DNA of 64,000 bases. Source: Candidatus Cloacimonadota bacterium (GTDB taxonomy: Bacteria > Cloacimonadota > Cloacimonadia > Cloacimonadales > TCS61). The notes under the pieces were generated by a model. It made no database searches and was not told where the DNA came from. It was given only the letters and a program-made list of their open reading frames with translations. The DNA lies in assembly GCA_030600585.1 (NCBI GenBank), contig JAUVLU010000004.1, positions 19,016 to 83,015 of the forward strand, in the 5' to 3' direction. Positions within the stretch are counted from its first letter, which is position 1; each line of letters opens with the position of its first letter. The translations under genes and the position numbers were made by a program. This document shows, one piece after another, positions 28,170 through 38,110 of this stretch.

Positions 28170-28418
28170 AATTTAAATCCTCTATAGCAAGCAGGATTTT
28201 ATGACATAATATTATTACAGTTTATTTATTTTGTGTAAAGAATAGATGTCACTATTAATGAAATATTATGTGTAAAATTCGATAGTTAATATCGTTATCT
28301 TATTTAGGTATGGGTAAATATATACAACAGGATATTGTTATTCATATTTTGGACTGATTATTGCATTAATAACTATAATAATAATATAACTAAAAATAAA
28401 AAGAAAATAGGAGGAATT

Positions 28419-31400
28419 ATGAAACATTTGAAATTATTTGTAACAATCCTGTTGTTACTTACTATTGTTCAACTTTTTGCACAAAACAGGATTGACAGTA
28501 AGTACATTATTCGAACATTTATTGATGAAGATGGAAATTCGATCGATGAGATCATTGTGCCGGGAAGACCACCGGTAGATTTTCGGGCACCTATTGCAGA
28601 ACCAACTGAAAGCTCGGTCATTTTGTCTAATGTTCCGGCATTTGATTGGGTTTATGGCTGCTCGGCAACTTCGGCTGCTATGATGGCAGGTCATTATGAT
28701 AATACGATTTTCCCGCAAATGTATACGGGACCAACCAATGGTGGGATAGTACCCATGAATAACAGTAGCTGGGGAAGTGGAGAATGTCCGCTAAGCGCAA
28801 CTCATCAGGGATATGATGGTCTTAGCGTAAGAGGACATGTTGATGATTATTGGTATGCTTATAATTCATCTGTAGATCCGTATTACGGCAATTGGACAGA
28901 GCATGGTTATGCAGATTGCACAGCGGACTATATGGGTACGAACCAATATCAGAATTGGGGAAACACCGATGGAGCTACAACTTTTTATTATTACAATAAC
29001 GGAGCACCTATATATGATTATACCGGCTGTGAACCAGCTCAGAAAGATGGTTGTCATGGTCTCAGAGAATTCTTTAATTCGAGAGGTTATGCTATTCAAT
29101 ATAGTGGTGGAGATTACCAGAATTATTCTCAATATATCATTGAACAAGGTTTAACATACGGTTTTACCTACACTCAATTCAAAGCAGAAATAGATGCCGG
29201 TCGTCCTGTGATAATTCAAGTAGCAGGTCACTCTATGCTCGGTTATGGATATGATGATAGTAGTAATCTGGTATATATTCACGATACATGGGATCATAAC
29301 AATCACACCATGACATGGGGTGGTTCTTATAGCGGCATGGCACATTATGGAGTTGCCGTATTTATTTTGGAAGATCCTACTATTACAGTAACCGCTCCCA
29401 ATGGAGGTGAAAGCTGGGATCTGGGCACATCACATAATATTACTTGGACAAGCCAGTATGTAACAAATGTTGATATTGATCTTTATAATTCGGGAACTTA
29501 TGTGATGACAATTGTTGGCAATCAAACAGCAAGTGTTGGAACTTTCTCATGGCCGATACCTACAGGTCTTTCTGCATCTACAACTTATTCGATAAAGATA
29601 AGTGACTCAAATGCTTCTGCGAATTATGATGATAGCGATGCATATTTTACATTAAATAATCCAGGAACACCAACACCAGTTATAGATGTAACTCCATTGT
29701 CTTTTACATCTACTTTAGAAATTGATGATTCTGAAACTCAACAAATGTATATTACAAATATTGGAGATCCGGGATCAACTTTAAATTATTCACTTTCACA
29801 TGGTTTTACCGATGCTGATAACATATCTGGTTCTTATGTAGCATGTTCTCCCAGTTCGTTTACTCCAGGTGAAACTACCGATTGGACTTTATCTGTTTAT
29901 AACGCAAGTACCGATGCCGAATGGCTTACGGATGTTTACGTTACATTCCCTTCAGGAGTGACAGTTAATTCCGGAACAGATTTTGTTGGAGGTAATTCTC
30001 CTCTTATTAATGATGGAAGTACTGGTGACGGTGTAACTGTTCACTGGTATGATAATAATGGAGGATGGGGTAATATATATGGAGGGCAAACTGCGACTGC
30101 CACCGTTAATGTTACTATCTCTCCAAGTTTTACAGGGCATATTTCACTTGCATACCAGATAGATGGTGATATATATGGTAGTGCACCTCATACAGTAACA
30201 GGTTCAATTATGCTGTTACATGAGACATGGCTTACTTATAACCCTGCAACCGGTTCATGTGCTCAAGGTGTTACAGATGATATAGATGTTACTTTTGATG
30301 CTGCCGGACTTCCAGTTGGAACATATACAGCAGATATTATAATTACAAACAATGGTGGTGGACCGGTTACTGTACCGTGTACACTTAAAGTTATCTTCTC
30401 ACCTGATATTGAAGTTTCACCATCTTCATTTTCCGAAAATCTATATACAAATGAAACATCAACTCAATGGTTAACGATAGATAATATTGGTGGTGAACAA
30501 CTAGATTTTACTATAGCCTGTAATCCTGTAGTTAGTTGGTTATCAGTAAGGAACAGCAGTGGTAGTGTTGCTTCGTATGGTGGCACAATGACAATTGGTG
30601 TTGATTTTGATACTGCATCGATTCCTCATGGAAACTATACAACAAATATTGTAATAGATTGTAATGATCCGAGTGAACCTCAAGTTACTATTCCTGTTAC
30701 ACTAACTGTTCACAACGATGCACCGACAATTATTTTACCTGATGATTTTACTTATGCTGAAGATGCAGGCTTAATTGTAGATTTCAGTTCATACGTAAAT
30801 GACCTTGATAACGATCCTCTTACTTTAAATGTATCTGGAAATACAGATGTTACAGTTAGTATCGATGGACTTGAAGTAACATTTGGTAATTCACAAGATT
30901 GGAACGGCACTGAAATATTAATATTTACTGTAAATGATGGTCAGACCGATGCAACAGCAGCAGATATGGTAGATATTATTGTAACTCCTGTTAATGATCC
31001 GCCGATCCTGAATATTACCGGAACATTTGAAGCAGAAGAAGATCTGATTTCCGTTACTTATGATTTCAGCGGATTCTGTTCTCAAACATGGGGTGAAACA
31101 GATGTTCTTACATTAAGTGCTGCCAACTCTGCTCATATTAATGTGAATATTACTGACTTCAATGTTGTCTTTCAATCTAATACATCTAATTGGAATGGAA
31201 CTGAGGATATAACATTCTATCTTGATGATAATATTACAGATAACGGACGTGCTGAATGCAGCCAAACTATTCCCGTGATAATAAATCCTGTTAACGATGC
31301 TCCAACAATAGTATTACCGGCTCAATTCAATGTTGATGAAGATGTTCTAACTACATTTGATTTTACACCATACATCGATGATGTTGACGGAGATATTTTA

Positions 31401-33293
31401 ACACTTTCAGCATACAATAATGTGAACATTTATGTTGTCATTTCAGATTATAATGTGACTTTTGAAAATCTGCTGAATTGGTATGGAACAGAAGCCATTA
31501 CATTTACGGTTAGCGATGGTGTATCTGATGCTATGGCTGCTGATATGGCTGATGTTGTTATCGATCCTGTAAACGATCCGCCTATCCTGAATATTACCGG
31601 AACATTTGAAGCTGACGAAGATCTGCCTTCTGTAACTTATGATTTCAGTGGATTCTGCAGTCAGGTTTGGGGCGAGATAGATGATCTTACACTTTCAGCA
31701 GATAACTCGATGCATATCGATGTTACTATCACAGATTTTGATGTAGTATTTTCTTCCAATACACTTAACTGGAATGGAACTGAAGATACAACATTCTATC
31801 TTGATGATAATGTAGCATATAATCGTGATATTGTAAGCCAGGTAATTCAAGTAACTATCAATCCCGTAAATGATGCACCGACAATTATTCTACCCGATAA
31901 TTTCACATTTGAAGAAGATGGGACATTGGTAGAAGATTTCGCTCCATACATTGATGATGTTGATCCTGATGATCTCACGCTTTCTGTTACCGGAAATATT
32001 GAGATCACAGTTGATATTGTTGGAACGATTGTAACATTTAGTGCTGCTGAAAACTGGAATGGAACAGAAACACTTACGTTTACAGTTAATGATAATGTAA
32101 CAGATGCGACAGCCGAAGACGATGTTGATGTTATTGTAATTCCAGTTAACGATCCGCCGATCCTGAATATTACAGGGACATTTGAAGCTGACGAAGATCT
32201 GCCTTCTGTAACTTATGATTTCAGTGGATTCTGCAGTCAAACTTGGGGAGAGACAGATGATCTTACACTTTCAGCAGATAATTCAACGCATATCGATGTT
32301 AGTATCACCGATTTTGATGTAGTATTTTCTTCAAATACACTTAACTGGAATGGAACTGAAGATATAACATTCTATCTCGATGATAATGTTGCGTATAGCC
32401 GTGATATTGTAAGTCAGGTAATTCAAGTAACTATCAATCCTGTAAATGATGCACCGACAATTATTCTACCCGATAATTTCACATTTGAAGAAGATGGAAC
32501 ATTGGTAGAAGATTTTGCTCCATACATTGATGATGTCGATCCTGATGATCTCACGCTTTCTGTTACCGGAAATATTGAGATCACGGTTGATATTGTTGGA
32601 ATGATTGTAACATTTGGTGCTGCCGAAAACTGGAATGGAACAGAAACACTTACATTTACAGTTAATGATAATGCAACAGATGCAACTGCCGAAGATGATG
32701 TTGATGTTATTGTAACTCCAGTAAACGATGCACCTGAAATAATAAGCTTCACACCTGAGGAACTTGTATTTACTGTGATCCAGGACAGTATCGTTGCATT
32801 TACTGTAATTGCGGAAGATATCGATAGTGATTTGACTTATGAATGGTTGGTTGATGATGATCTGCAAACCGAGATAACAGAAGAGTTCGTTTATCAATTT
32901 GCAGATCTGGGCGTGATTGAGATAAAATCAATTGTATCAGATGAAGAGTATAGCTTAGAAACTATTTGGAATGTTACTGTAGAACCAGGAACAGGTTCCA
33001 ACGAGATCATTCCGGTAACGACGATGCTGTATCAAAATCATCCAAATCCATTTAATCCGACAACTAATATTAGATTTGCTATTACTAAAGCCGGTAATAT
33101 CAGCATAAATATCTATAACATCAAAGGTGAGCAGATCAAAACATTAGTGAATGGTGTTTATTCAGTTGGGGAACATAGTGTAGTTTGGAATGGAAAGGAT
33201 AATAATGGTAAGACTGTTTCTTCAGGTGTATATTTCTATCATATGCTATCCAAAGGATATTCCAGTACTAAGAAAATGATTCTTATGAAGTAA
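28419..33293 (+). CDS. giant secreted protein: N-terminal papain-fold cysteine peptidase-like domain, Ig-like domains, tandem cadherin-like modules, T9SS C-terminal sorting domain
   Basis: ATG 28419 follows GGAGGA and gives the signal peptide MKHLKLFVTILLLLTIVQLFAQ. Cys context FDWVYGCSATSAAMMAGHYD and His context GHSMLGYGYDD...IHDTWD resemble C39-like/C10-like peptidases. The repeated (V)NDAPTI / (V)NDPPIL modules are described at 30714-32723. The C-terminus is YQNHPNPFNPTTNIRF...INIYNIKGEQIKTLV...VVWNGKDNNGKTVSSGVYFYHM. Confidence 0.8.
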   Translation: MKHLKLFVTILLLLTIVQLFAQNRIDSKYIIRTFIDEDGNSIDEIIVPGRPPVDFRAPIAEPTESSVILSNVPAFDWVYGCSATSAAMMAGHYDNTIFPQMYTGPTNGGIVPMNNSSWGSGECPLSATHQGYDGLSVRGHVDDYWYAYNSSVDPYYGNWTEHGYADCTADYMGTNQYQNWGNTDGATTFYYYNNGAPIYDYTGCEPAQKDGCHGLREFFNSRGYAIQYSGGDYQNYSQYIIEQGLTYGFTYTQFKAEIDAGRPVIIQVAGHSMLGYGYDDSSNLVYIHDTWDHNNHTMTWGGSYSGMAHYGVAVFILEDPTITVTAPNGGESWDLGTSHNITWTSQYVTNVDIDLYNSGTYVMTIVGNQTASVGTFSWPIPTGLSASTTYSIKISDSNASANYDDSDAYFTLNNPGTPTPVIDVTPLSFTSTLEIDDSETQQMYITNIGDPGSTLNYSLSHGFTDADNISGSYVACSPSSFTPGETTDWTLSVYNASTDAEWLTDVYVTFPSGVTVNSGTDFVGGNSPLINDGSTGDGVTVHWYDNNGGWGNIYGGQTATATVNVTISPSFTGHISLAYQIDGDIYGSAPHTVTGSIMLLHETWLTYNPATGSCAQGVTDDIDVTFDAAGLPVGTYTADIIITNNGGGPVTVPCTLKVIFSPDIEVSPSSFSENLYTNETSTQWLTIDNIGGEQLDFTIACNPVVSWLSVRNSSGSVASYGGTMTIGVDFDTASIPHGNYTTNIVIDCNDPSEPQVTIPVTLTVHNDAPTIILPDDFTYAEDAGLIVDFSSYVNDLDNDPLTLNVSGNTDVTVSIDGLEVTFGNSQDWNGTEILIFTVNDGQTDATAADMVDIIVTPVNDPPILNITGTFEAEEDLISVTYDFSGFCSQTWGETDVLTLSAANSAHINVNITDFNVVFQSNTSNWNGTEDITFYLDDNITDNGRAECSQTIPVIINPVNDAPTIVLPAQFNVDEDVLTTFDFTPYIDDVDGDILTLSAYNNVNIYVVISDYNVTFENLLNWYGTEAITFTVSDGVSDAMAADMADVVIDPVNDPPILNITGTFEADEDLPSVTYDFSGFCSQVWGEIDDLTLSADNSMHIDVTITDFDVVFSSNTLNWNGTEDTTFYLDDNVAYNRDIVSQVIQVTINPVNDAPTIILPDNFTFEEDGTLVEDFAPYIDDVDPDDLTLSVTGNIEITVDIVGTIVTFSAAENWNGTETLTFTVNDNVTDATAEDDVDVIVIPVNDPPILNITGTFEADEDLPSVTYDFSGFCSQTWGETDDLTLSADNSTHIDVSITDFDVVFSSNTLNWNGTEDITFYLDDNVAYSRDIVSQVIQVTINPVNDAPTIILPDNFTFEEDGTLVEDFAPYIDDVDPDDLTLSVTGNIEITVDIVGMIVTFGAAENWNGTETLTFTVNDNATDATAEDDVDVIVTPVNDAPEIISFTPEELVFTVIQDSIVAFTVIAEDIDSDLTYEWLVDDDLQTEITEEFVYQFADLGVIEIKSIVSDEEYSLETIWNVTVEPGTGSNEIIPVTTMLYQNHPNPFNPTTNIRFAITKAGNISINIYNIKGEQIKTLVNGVYSVGEHSVVWNGKDNNGKTVSSGVYFYHMLSKGYSSTKKMILMK
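30714..32723 (+). repeat. intragenic tandem array: 3.5 copies of a 576-579-bp unit (two ~93-100-aa subdomains each)
   Basis: In-frame NDAPT/NDPPI module starts lie at 30714, 30993, 31293, 31572, 31869, 32148, 32445 and 32724. 31572-32147 and 32148-32723 are almost identical at the DNA level. Confidence 0.85.
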
Positions 33294-33311
33294 GAGAAAA
33301 AATAACAAATT

Positions 33312-33341
33312 AGCCCTTCAGCGTTGGCTGGAGGGCTTTTT
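33312..33341 (+). terminator. Rho-independent terminator after the adhesin gene
   Basis: agcccttcagc-gttg-gctggagggct stem-loop (one mismatch) followed by TTTTT. It sits between convergent genes. Confidence 0.7.
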
Positions 33342-33383
33342 ATGTGATTTATTTTGATAAAGTAAAATTAATTTCAATGGTAA

Positions 33384-34133
33384 TTATATTCCAAACAGCT
33401 TGAAAACACCAAATAATTTCAGGCAGGCAATTATAATTGCAATTGCAAGAATAATCTTCACGAATTTCTCACCTTTTGTGATAGCAGTTTTAACTCCGAT
33501 AAATGCACCAAGACTATTTCCGGCAGCTAATATGAGACCGTATTTCCAGATCACTTTACCCGAATAAGCAAAAATGATCACGACAAAAACAGTATAGCTC
33601 ATAATAATAAATACTTTTACAGCGTTAGCTTTAATAAGATCGAACTCTTCAACCAGATTTAATGTAGCAAGAAAAATAAAGCCGACTCCAACCTGAATTA
33701 ATCCGCCATAAAATCCAATGATCATAAAAATGATGAATTTGAGCCATTTAGGTAATTTATTTGTAAGTGATGATCTTTTTTTATGCGGCTTAAGCATTAA
33801 GATGAGAATAATAATAAATACAACTGCGAGGATCTTATCGTAATAGACAGAAGAAATATTTATTGCAAATATTGAGCCTGCTATTGCGCCAATTATGGCA
33901 GCAATTGTAATATGGGTTATAGAGCCGATTTCCAAGATTTTATGTTTATGAAACCTGTAAGATCCTGTAGCATTTTGAAAAAGGATAGCAACACGATTTG
34001 TAGCATTTGCTATTGGTGAGGGTATTCCGGCAAGTATTAGAACCGGAAGTACCAGAATAGAACCACCTCCGGCAAGCGTATTAATGAAACCGGCTATTAT
34101 TCCAACAAGAAACAAAACAATTAATAAGATCAT
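33384..34133 (-). CDS. TauE/SafE (TSUP) family anion exporter
   Basis: 249 aa, about 8 TM helices. N-terminal GFINTLAGGGSILVLPVL motif is typical of TSUP/TauE. Confidence 0.7.
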   Translation of the reverse strand: MILLIVLFLVGIIAGFINTLAGGGSILVLPVLILAGIPSPIANATNRVAILFQNATGSYRFHKHKILEIGSITHITIAAIIGAIAGSIFAINISSVYYDKILAVVFIIILILMLKPHKKRSSLTNKLPKWLKFIIFMIIGFYGGLIQVGVGFIFLATLNLVEEFDLIKANAVKVFIIMSYTVFVVIIFAYSGKVIWKYGLILAAGNSLGAFIGVKTAITKGEKFVKIILAIAIIIACLKLFGVFKLFGI

Positions 34134-34271
34134 ACCCTACTCGATTATTTTTTTTCTAAACTCTAAAGTTCAATTCTGATGTCAAATATTATCGCTAATT
34201 TTATCTGATTATATTCATATTGACATAGAGTTAACAATAAAAATGATAGGAATCGTTTTGTGGAGGAATTA

Positions 34272-37200
34272 ATGAAAAAAATGATATTTATTTTACTGAC
34301 TATTCTGTCGGTAAGTTTATGGTCCGATCTTAATTTTGGTAAAGGATTATTTAATGACGGTTTATATGAAGAGGCAATAAATGAATTTGAAAAAGTTATA
34401 GCTTACTCTCCAACTTCTGATGATGCCAAAGAATCTATTTTTCTTATTGGAGAAAGTTATCGGGAGAGAGACCAATTTATTAAAGCGGAATCAGCATATA
34501 AAAGATTATTAGAGGGATTTCCCGGTTTATTGTTCCGTGATAAAGTATTATATTATTTGGCACAAACTCAAAACAAACAACAAGATTATACTAAAACTGC
34601 AGAAAATTTAAAACTATTGATCGATACATATCCAAACTCAAATTTCAGTAAAATGGCATTATCACAATATCTGGAATGCTTATATAAAATGAAGCAATAT
34701 GACAATGTGATAATTGAGGGAAAAAAGATCGTGCGGAGTTACAAAGATTATCATAATATCCCTGATGTTCTTCTCTGGCTTGCTAATGCCAGATTTAAAT
34801 TGCAAATGCCGGCGGAAGGAAAAAGGATACTGAATGAAATTATTATAGATCATCCTGATCATATTTCGCGCTGGAAAGCTGTGGAAAAACAGATCGAGAT
34901 CACAGAAAAGGAAGAAGGAATAAAAAAAGCTGCAGAAGCTTTAACTGCCAAACTTCAAGAAGAAATACCGCGTAATTACGAGGAGAAACTCCGTTCCAAA
35001 CTTGCTGATTATTACATTAATTTACAGGATTTCCATAAAGCTTATTTTGAACTTTCTAATTTAATAAATAAATTTTCCAGTTCACTTCAACTCGATGAAT
35101 ATATTTTAAAATTTACTTCTGTTCAAATAGAATTGAAAAAATTTTCCGACATCAAAAATGATTATGTAAAATATAAAAAAGTATTTCGTGAAAGTGATAA
35201 AAAAGATGCATATTTACTGCAATTAGCAAAAGCTGACTTTTTATTAAATGATCTTGATTCTGCTAAAGATTGGTTGAATAAAATAACTACAAATGATGGG
35301 AAAATATTATATCGAAAACAATTGCTGAATGCTGATATAATGCTTGCTTCCGGTAAATATACCGATGCAGTAAAAGAATATAAAAAATTGCTGAACAATA
35401 AATTTGCGTCAAGAGATGAATTATTGCTGGTGCTGGGAGATATTTATTTTAAAAAATTCCAACAATACAATACTGCAAAGAAATATTATCAGTGGATATT
35501 AACGGAATATTCTGCTAATGAACTTATAGATGAAGCTTCTTATAAAATTGCTTTATGTTTAGAAAATCTTGATGATTTTGAAGAGGCAGTAACAGAATTG
35601 GAACAGATCGATATTCAAAAAATAAAGAATGCAGATTTGAAATTGAAAATAACAAATAAGCTTGAATACCTCAAGAAATTTAAAAAACGTGATTATGAAA
35701 CTGCGTTTAATAATTTACTTAATTCGTTAATTAATAATTCATATAAGACTGATGCACAAGAATTCAAAGCTGATCTGCTTAATATTCTTGTCACAGATTT
35801 AAAAGATTATAAATCAGCGATCAGAATTCTTGAAGATGGAACTGATCCGGGAAACAATTACAAAAAAGCAGTATTATGGATACAAATTGCAGAGAAATAT
35901 AAGTATGAATCGAAAAACAATCTAACAGATGAAGCCATTATGAAAGTAGATGCGATAGTTTCCAAATTGGATAAAACCAAGCATGCTGATTGGTTGGAAG
36001 AAATATACATTCGGAAACAGCTTTTGCAAAATCCAGAACTTACATCGGAAATTATTACAAGGATGAAAACATTTGTAAGTAATCATTCAAACAACATGGC
36101 TGCAAATGAGTTCAGACTGCATATTGGAAAACATTATATTTCCAAAAATGAAATTGAAAAAGCTGCAGATCATTTTGCCGATCTTGTTAATAATTCAACA
36201 ATTGATAATGCAGATTTTTATGATGCAAAGATACATTTAGCTGAATATTATTACTTAAAAAATGATGATGCTAAAGCACTGCATTATTACAAGATAGCAG
36301 ATGAGTATATCAAGCTTAATAGTCCGCTTATATACTTCCATTATGCTGTTGTTCTAAATGAACAGGGAAGAAAAAAAGAGGCTTATAATAAACTTATTTT
36401 TCTTGTAAATAATGCGGAAAGATTTGAGCAATATCCCAAAGTTATCCAATATTTCACAAAATCTCTGCGGGAATCCGGAGATTATGAAAACGCAATTAAA
36501 TATCAGTTGCTTCTACCCGAAATGAGTAGAAATGATGATACTTATAAACTTCTTGCGAGTGATTATGAAAAGTTAGGCAATGATGAAAAGGCAAAAGAAG
36601 CACTGATGCATATTGTAGAAAAAAGTGAGGACGATCTTGCAAAACTTGCTCATCTTCAGTTTACTACAAACGATCTTGAAATGGCAAAATATACTTATAG
36701 CGAACTCGCTAAAAACAATAAATCTAATTTGGAATATTATGAAATGCTCGGGCGAATAAATTTTATTCAGGAGAATTACCTTGAATCTGCTGTCAATTAC
36801 AAAAAAGTTATCGATAAACTGGGAGATAAATTTAATGGATATGACAATATCAGATCTGTAGCAAAAGAGAATATCATTGCCTTATATAGAATTGAGAACA
36901 GACCGAAAGCTGAAACACTCGCCAAGAAATTTAAGAATCAATTAACCGATAAAGACAAAAATGAAATTGAAGTTAACCGCGGAATATATTATAAAAAAAT
37001 TGATAAAAAGAAAGCTGAATCGATATTTACAAAATTATTGAAAAAGAAGAACTTAACCAGCGATGTAATGATAAAGACGTATTTCTGGCGGGGAATCGTA
37101 AGATTGGAAAAAGAAGAATTAGATAAAGCGGAAGAAGATTTTTCCACTGTTGCCAATTCGATCGATATAAATATGAGCAATCAGGCACATCTCAAACTGG

Positions 37201-37775
37201 GAACAATAAATTTTTCCAAAGAAAATTATCAGAAAGCACTTTCTCATTATTACAAAGTAATTGAAAATGATGAAGATGGAGAACTTGCTTTTGATGCTGC
37301 CAGAAATTTCGCATTTGTTTGTAAAACAATGAAGGAATGGCAAAAGGCGATAGTTGCTTATCAGATAATTCTGGAGCGTTGGGGAGATGAAGAATTAGAA
37401 GCGAAAACAGTTTTTGATATTGCATTCTGCCACTTCCGCGATAAAAAATATTCTCATGCCATCGAAATGTTTACTCGCGCAATTCCTCTGCTTAAAGAGA
37501 AAGAAACTCAGGCGGAAGCTCAATATTGGATCGGGGAATCGCTATTTGGAATGGAAAGCTATGAAGATGCAGTTTCGGAATTATTAAAGGTCGGATACAA
37601 TTATCCTCAATTCACTCAGTGGGCTGCTTCGGCTGAACTCAAAGCGGGAGAAGCTTACCAGAATAATAATCAGTTTGATAAAGCGGTACAAATATATGAA
37701 CGTGTTATCAGTAAATACGGCAAGTACAGTCAATGGGGAACAGAAGCCGGTAATCGTTTGCAAACTTTGAAATAA
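34272..37775 (+). CDS. large tetratricopeptide-repeat protein (YbgF-like repeats), secreted
   Basis: ATG 34272 follows GGAGGA and gives the signal MKKMIFILLTILSVSLWS. TPR-like A/Y/L periodicity runs throughout (YEEAINEFEKVI, YENAIKYQ, FDKAVQIYERVISKY). Confidence 0.7.
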   Translation: MKKMIFILLTILSVSLWSDLNFGKGLFNDGLYEEAINEFEKVIAYSPTSDDAKESIFLIGESYRERDQFIKAESAYKRLLEGFPGLLFRDKVLYYLAQTQNKQQDYTKTAENLKLLIDTYPNSNFSKMALSQYLECLYKMKQYDNVIIEGKKIVRSYKDYHNIPDVLLWLANARFKLQMPAEGKRILNEIIIDHPDHISRWKAVEKQIEITEKEEGIKKAAEALTAKLQEEIPRNYEEKLRSKLADYYINLQDFHKAYFELSNLINKFSSSLQLDEYILKFTSVQIELKKFSDIKNDYVKYKKVFRESDKKDAYLLQLAKADFLLNDLDSAKDWLNKITTNDGKILYRKQLLNADIMLASGKYTDAVKEYKKLLNNKFASRDELLLVLGDIYFKKFQQYNTAKKYYQWILTEYSANELIDEASYKIALCLENLDDFEEAVTELEQIDIQKIKNADLKLKITNKLEYLKKFKKRDYETAFNNLLNSLINNSYKTDAQEFKADLLNILVTDLKDYKSAIRILEDGTDPGNNYKKAVLWIQIAEKYKYESKNNLTDEAIMKVDAIVSKLDKTKHADWLEEIYIRKQLLQNPELTSEIITRMKTFVSNHSNNMAANEFRLHIGKHYISKNEIEKAADHFADLVNNSTIDNADFYDAKIHLAEYYYLKNDDAKALHYYKIADEYIKLNSPLIYFHYAVVLNEQGRKKEAYNKLIFLVNNAERFEQYPKVIQYFTKSLRESGDYENAIKYQLLLPEMSRNDDTYKLLASDYEKLGNDEKAKEALMHIVEKSEDDLAKLAHLQFTTNDLEMAKYTYSELAKNNKSNLEYYEMLGRINFIQENYLESAVNYKKVIDKLGDKFNGYDNIRSVAKENIIALYRIENRPKAETLAKKFKNQLTDKDKNEIEVNRGIYYKKIDKKKAESIFTKLLKKKNLTSDVMIKTYFWRGIVRLEKEELDKAEEDFSTVANSIDINMSNQAHLKLGTINFSKENYQKALSHYYKVIENDEDGELAFDAARNFAFVCKTMKEWQKAIVAYQIILERWGDEELEAKTVFDIAFCHFRDKKYSHAIEMFTRAIPLLKEKETQAEAQYWIGESLFGMESYEDAVSELLKVGYNYPQFTQWAASAELKAGEAYQNNNQFDKAVQIYERVISKYGKYSQWGTEAGNRLQTLK

Positions 37776-37789
37776 TATAGTTTTGTCAT

Positions 37790-38055
37790 CTGTCACACTG
37801 AGTAGGAGCGGAGTGACGTATCGAAGTGTCGACCTAATTTACTATTTCTCATTATCCTTCGATACATCCGGCAAAGCCGGACACTCCAGTCTTCGCAATG
37901 ATGCGTCGGCTTTGCAAAGCTCCGTCTTTGCGAAATAACCTTCGCAACGGTTGAAAACCTTGCGAAAGGTTGGGAAAAGTCTTTAGAGGAAAAGAGACTC
38001 TTCGTGAGAAGAATTGTAATCCCGAAAGCTTTCGGGACTCAGAGAGACAGATCTT
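37790..38055. repeat. cluster of dispersed palindromic repeats
   Basis: tgtcacactgag...; ttatccttcgatacatccggcaaagccgga; gtctttgcgaaataaccttcgcaa; atcccgaaagctttcgggactcagagagaca (the same word as 5940-5970). Confidence 0.7.
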
Positions 38056-38069
38056 TCAGAAAAAATTAT

Positions 38070-38096
38070 ATCAGTGAGTATCAGTGTTCATCAGTG
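38070..38096 (+). promoter_or_regulatory. three helically phased 10-bp direct repeats (atcagtg) upstream of the endoQ-like gene
   Basis: atcagtg occurs at 38070, 38080 and 38090, a spacing of exactly 10 bp. The last copy ends 8 nt before the AAGGAG ribosome-binding site. Any regulatory function is inferred only. Confidence 0.3.
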
Positions 38097-38110
38097 GTTA
38101 ATAAGGAGAG

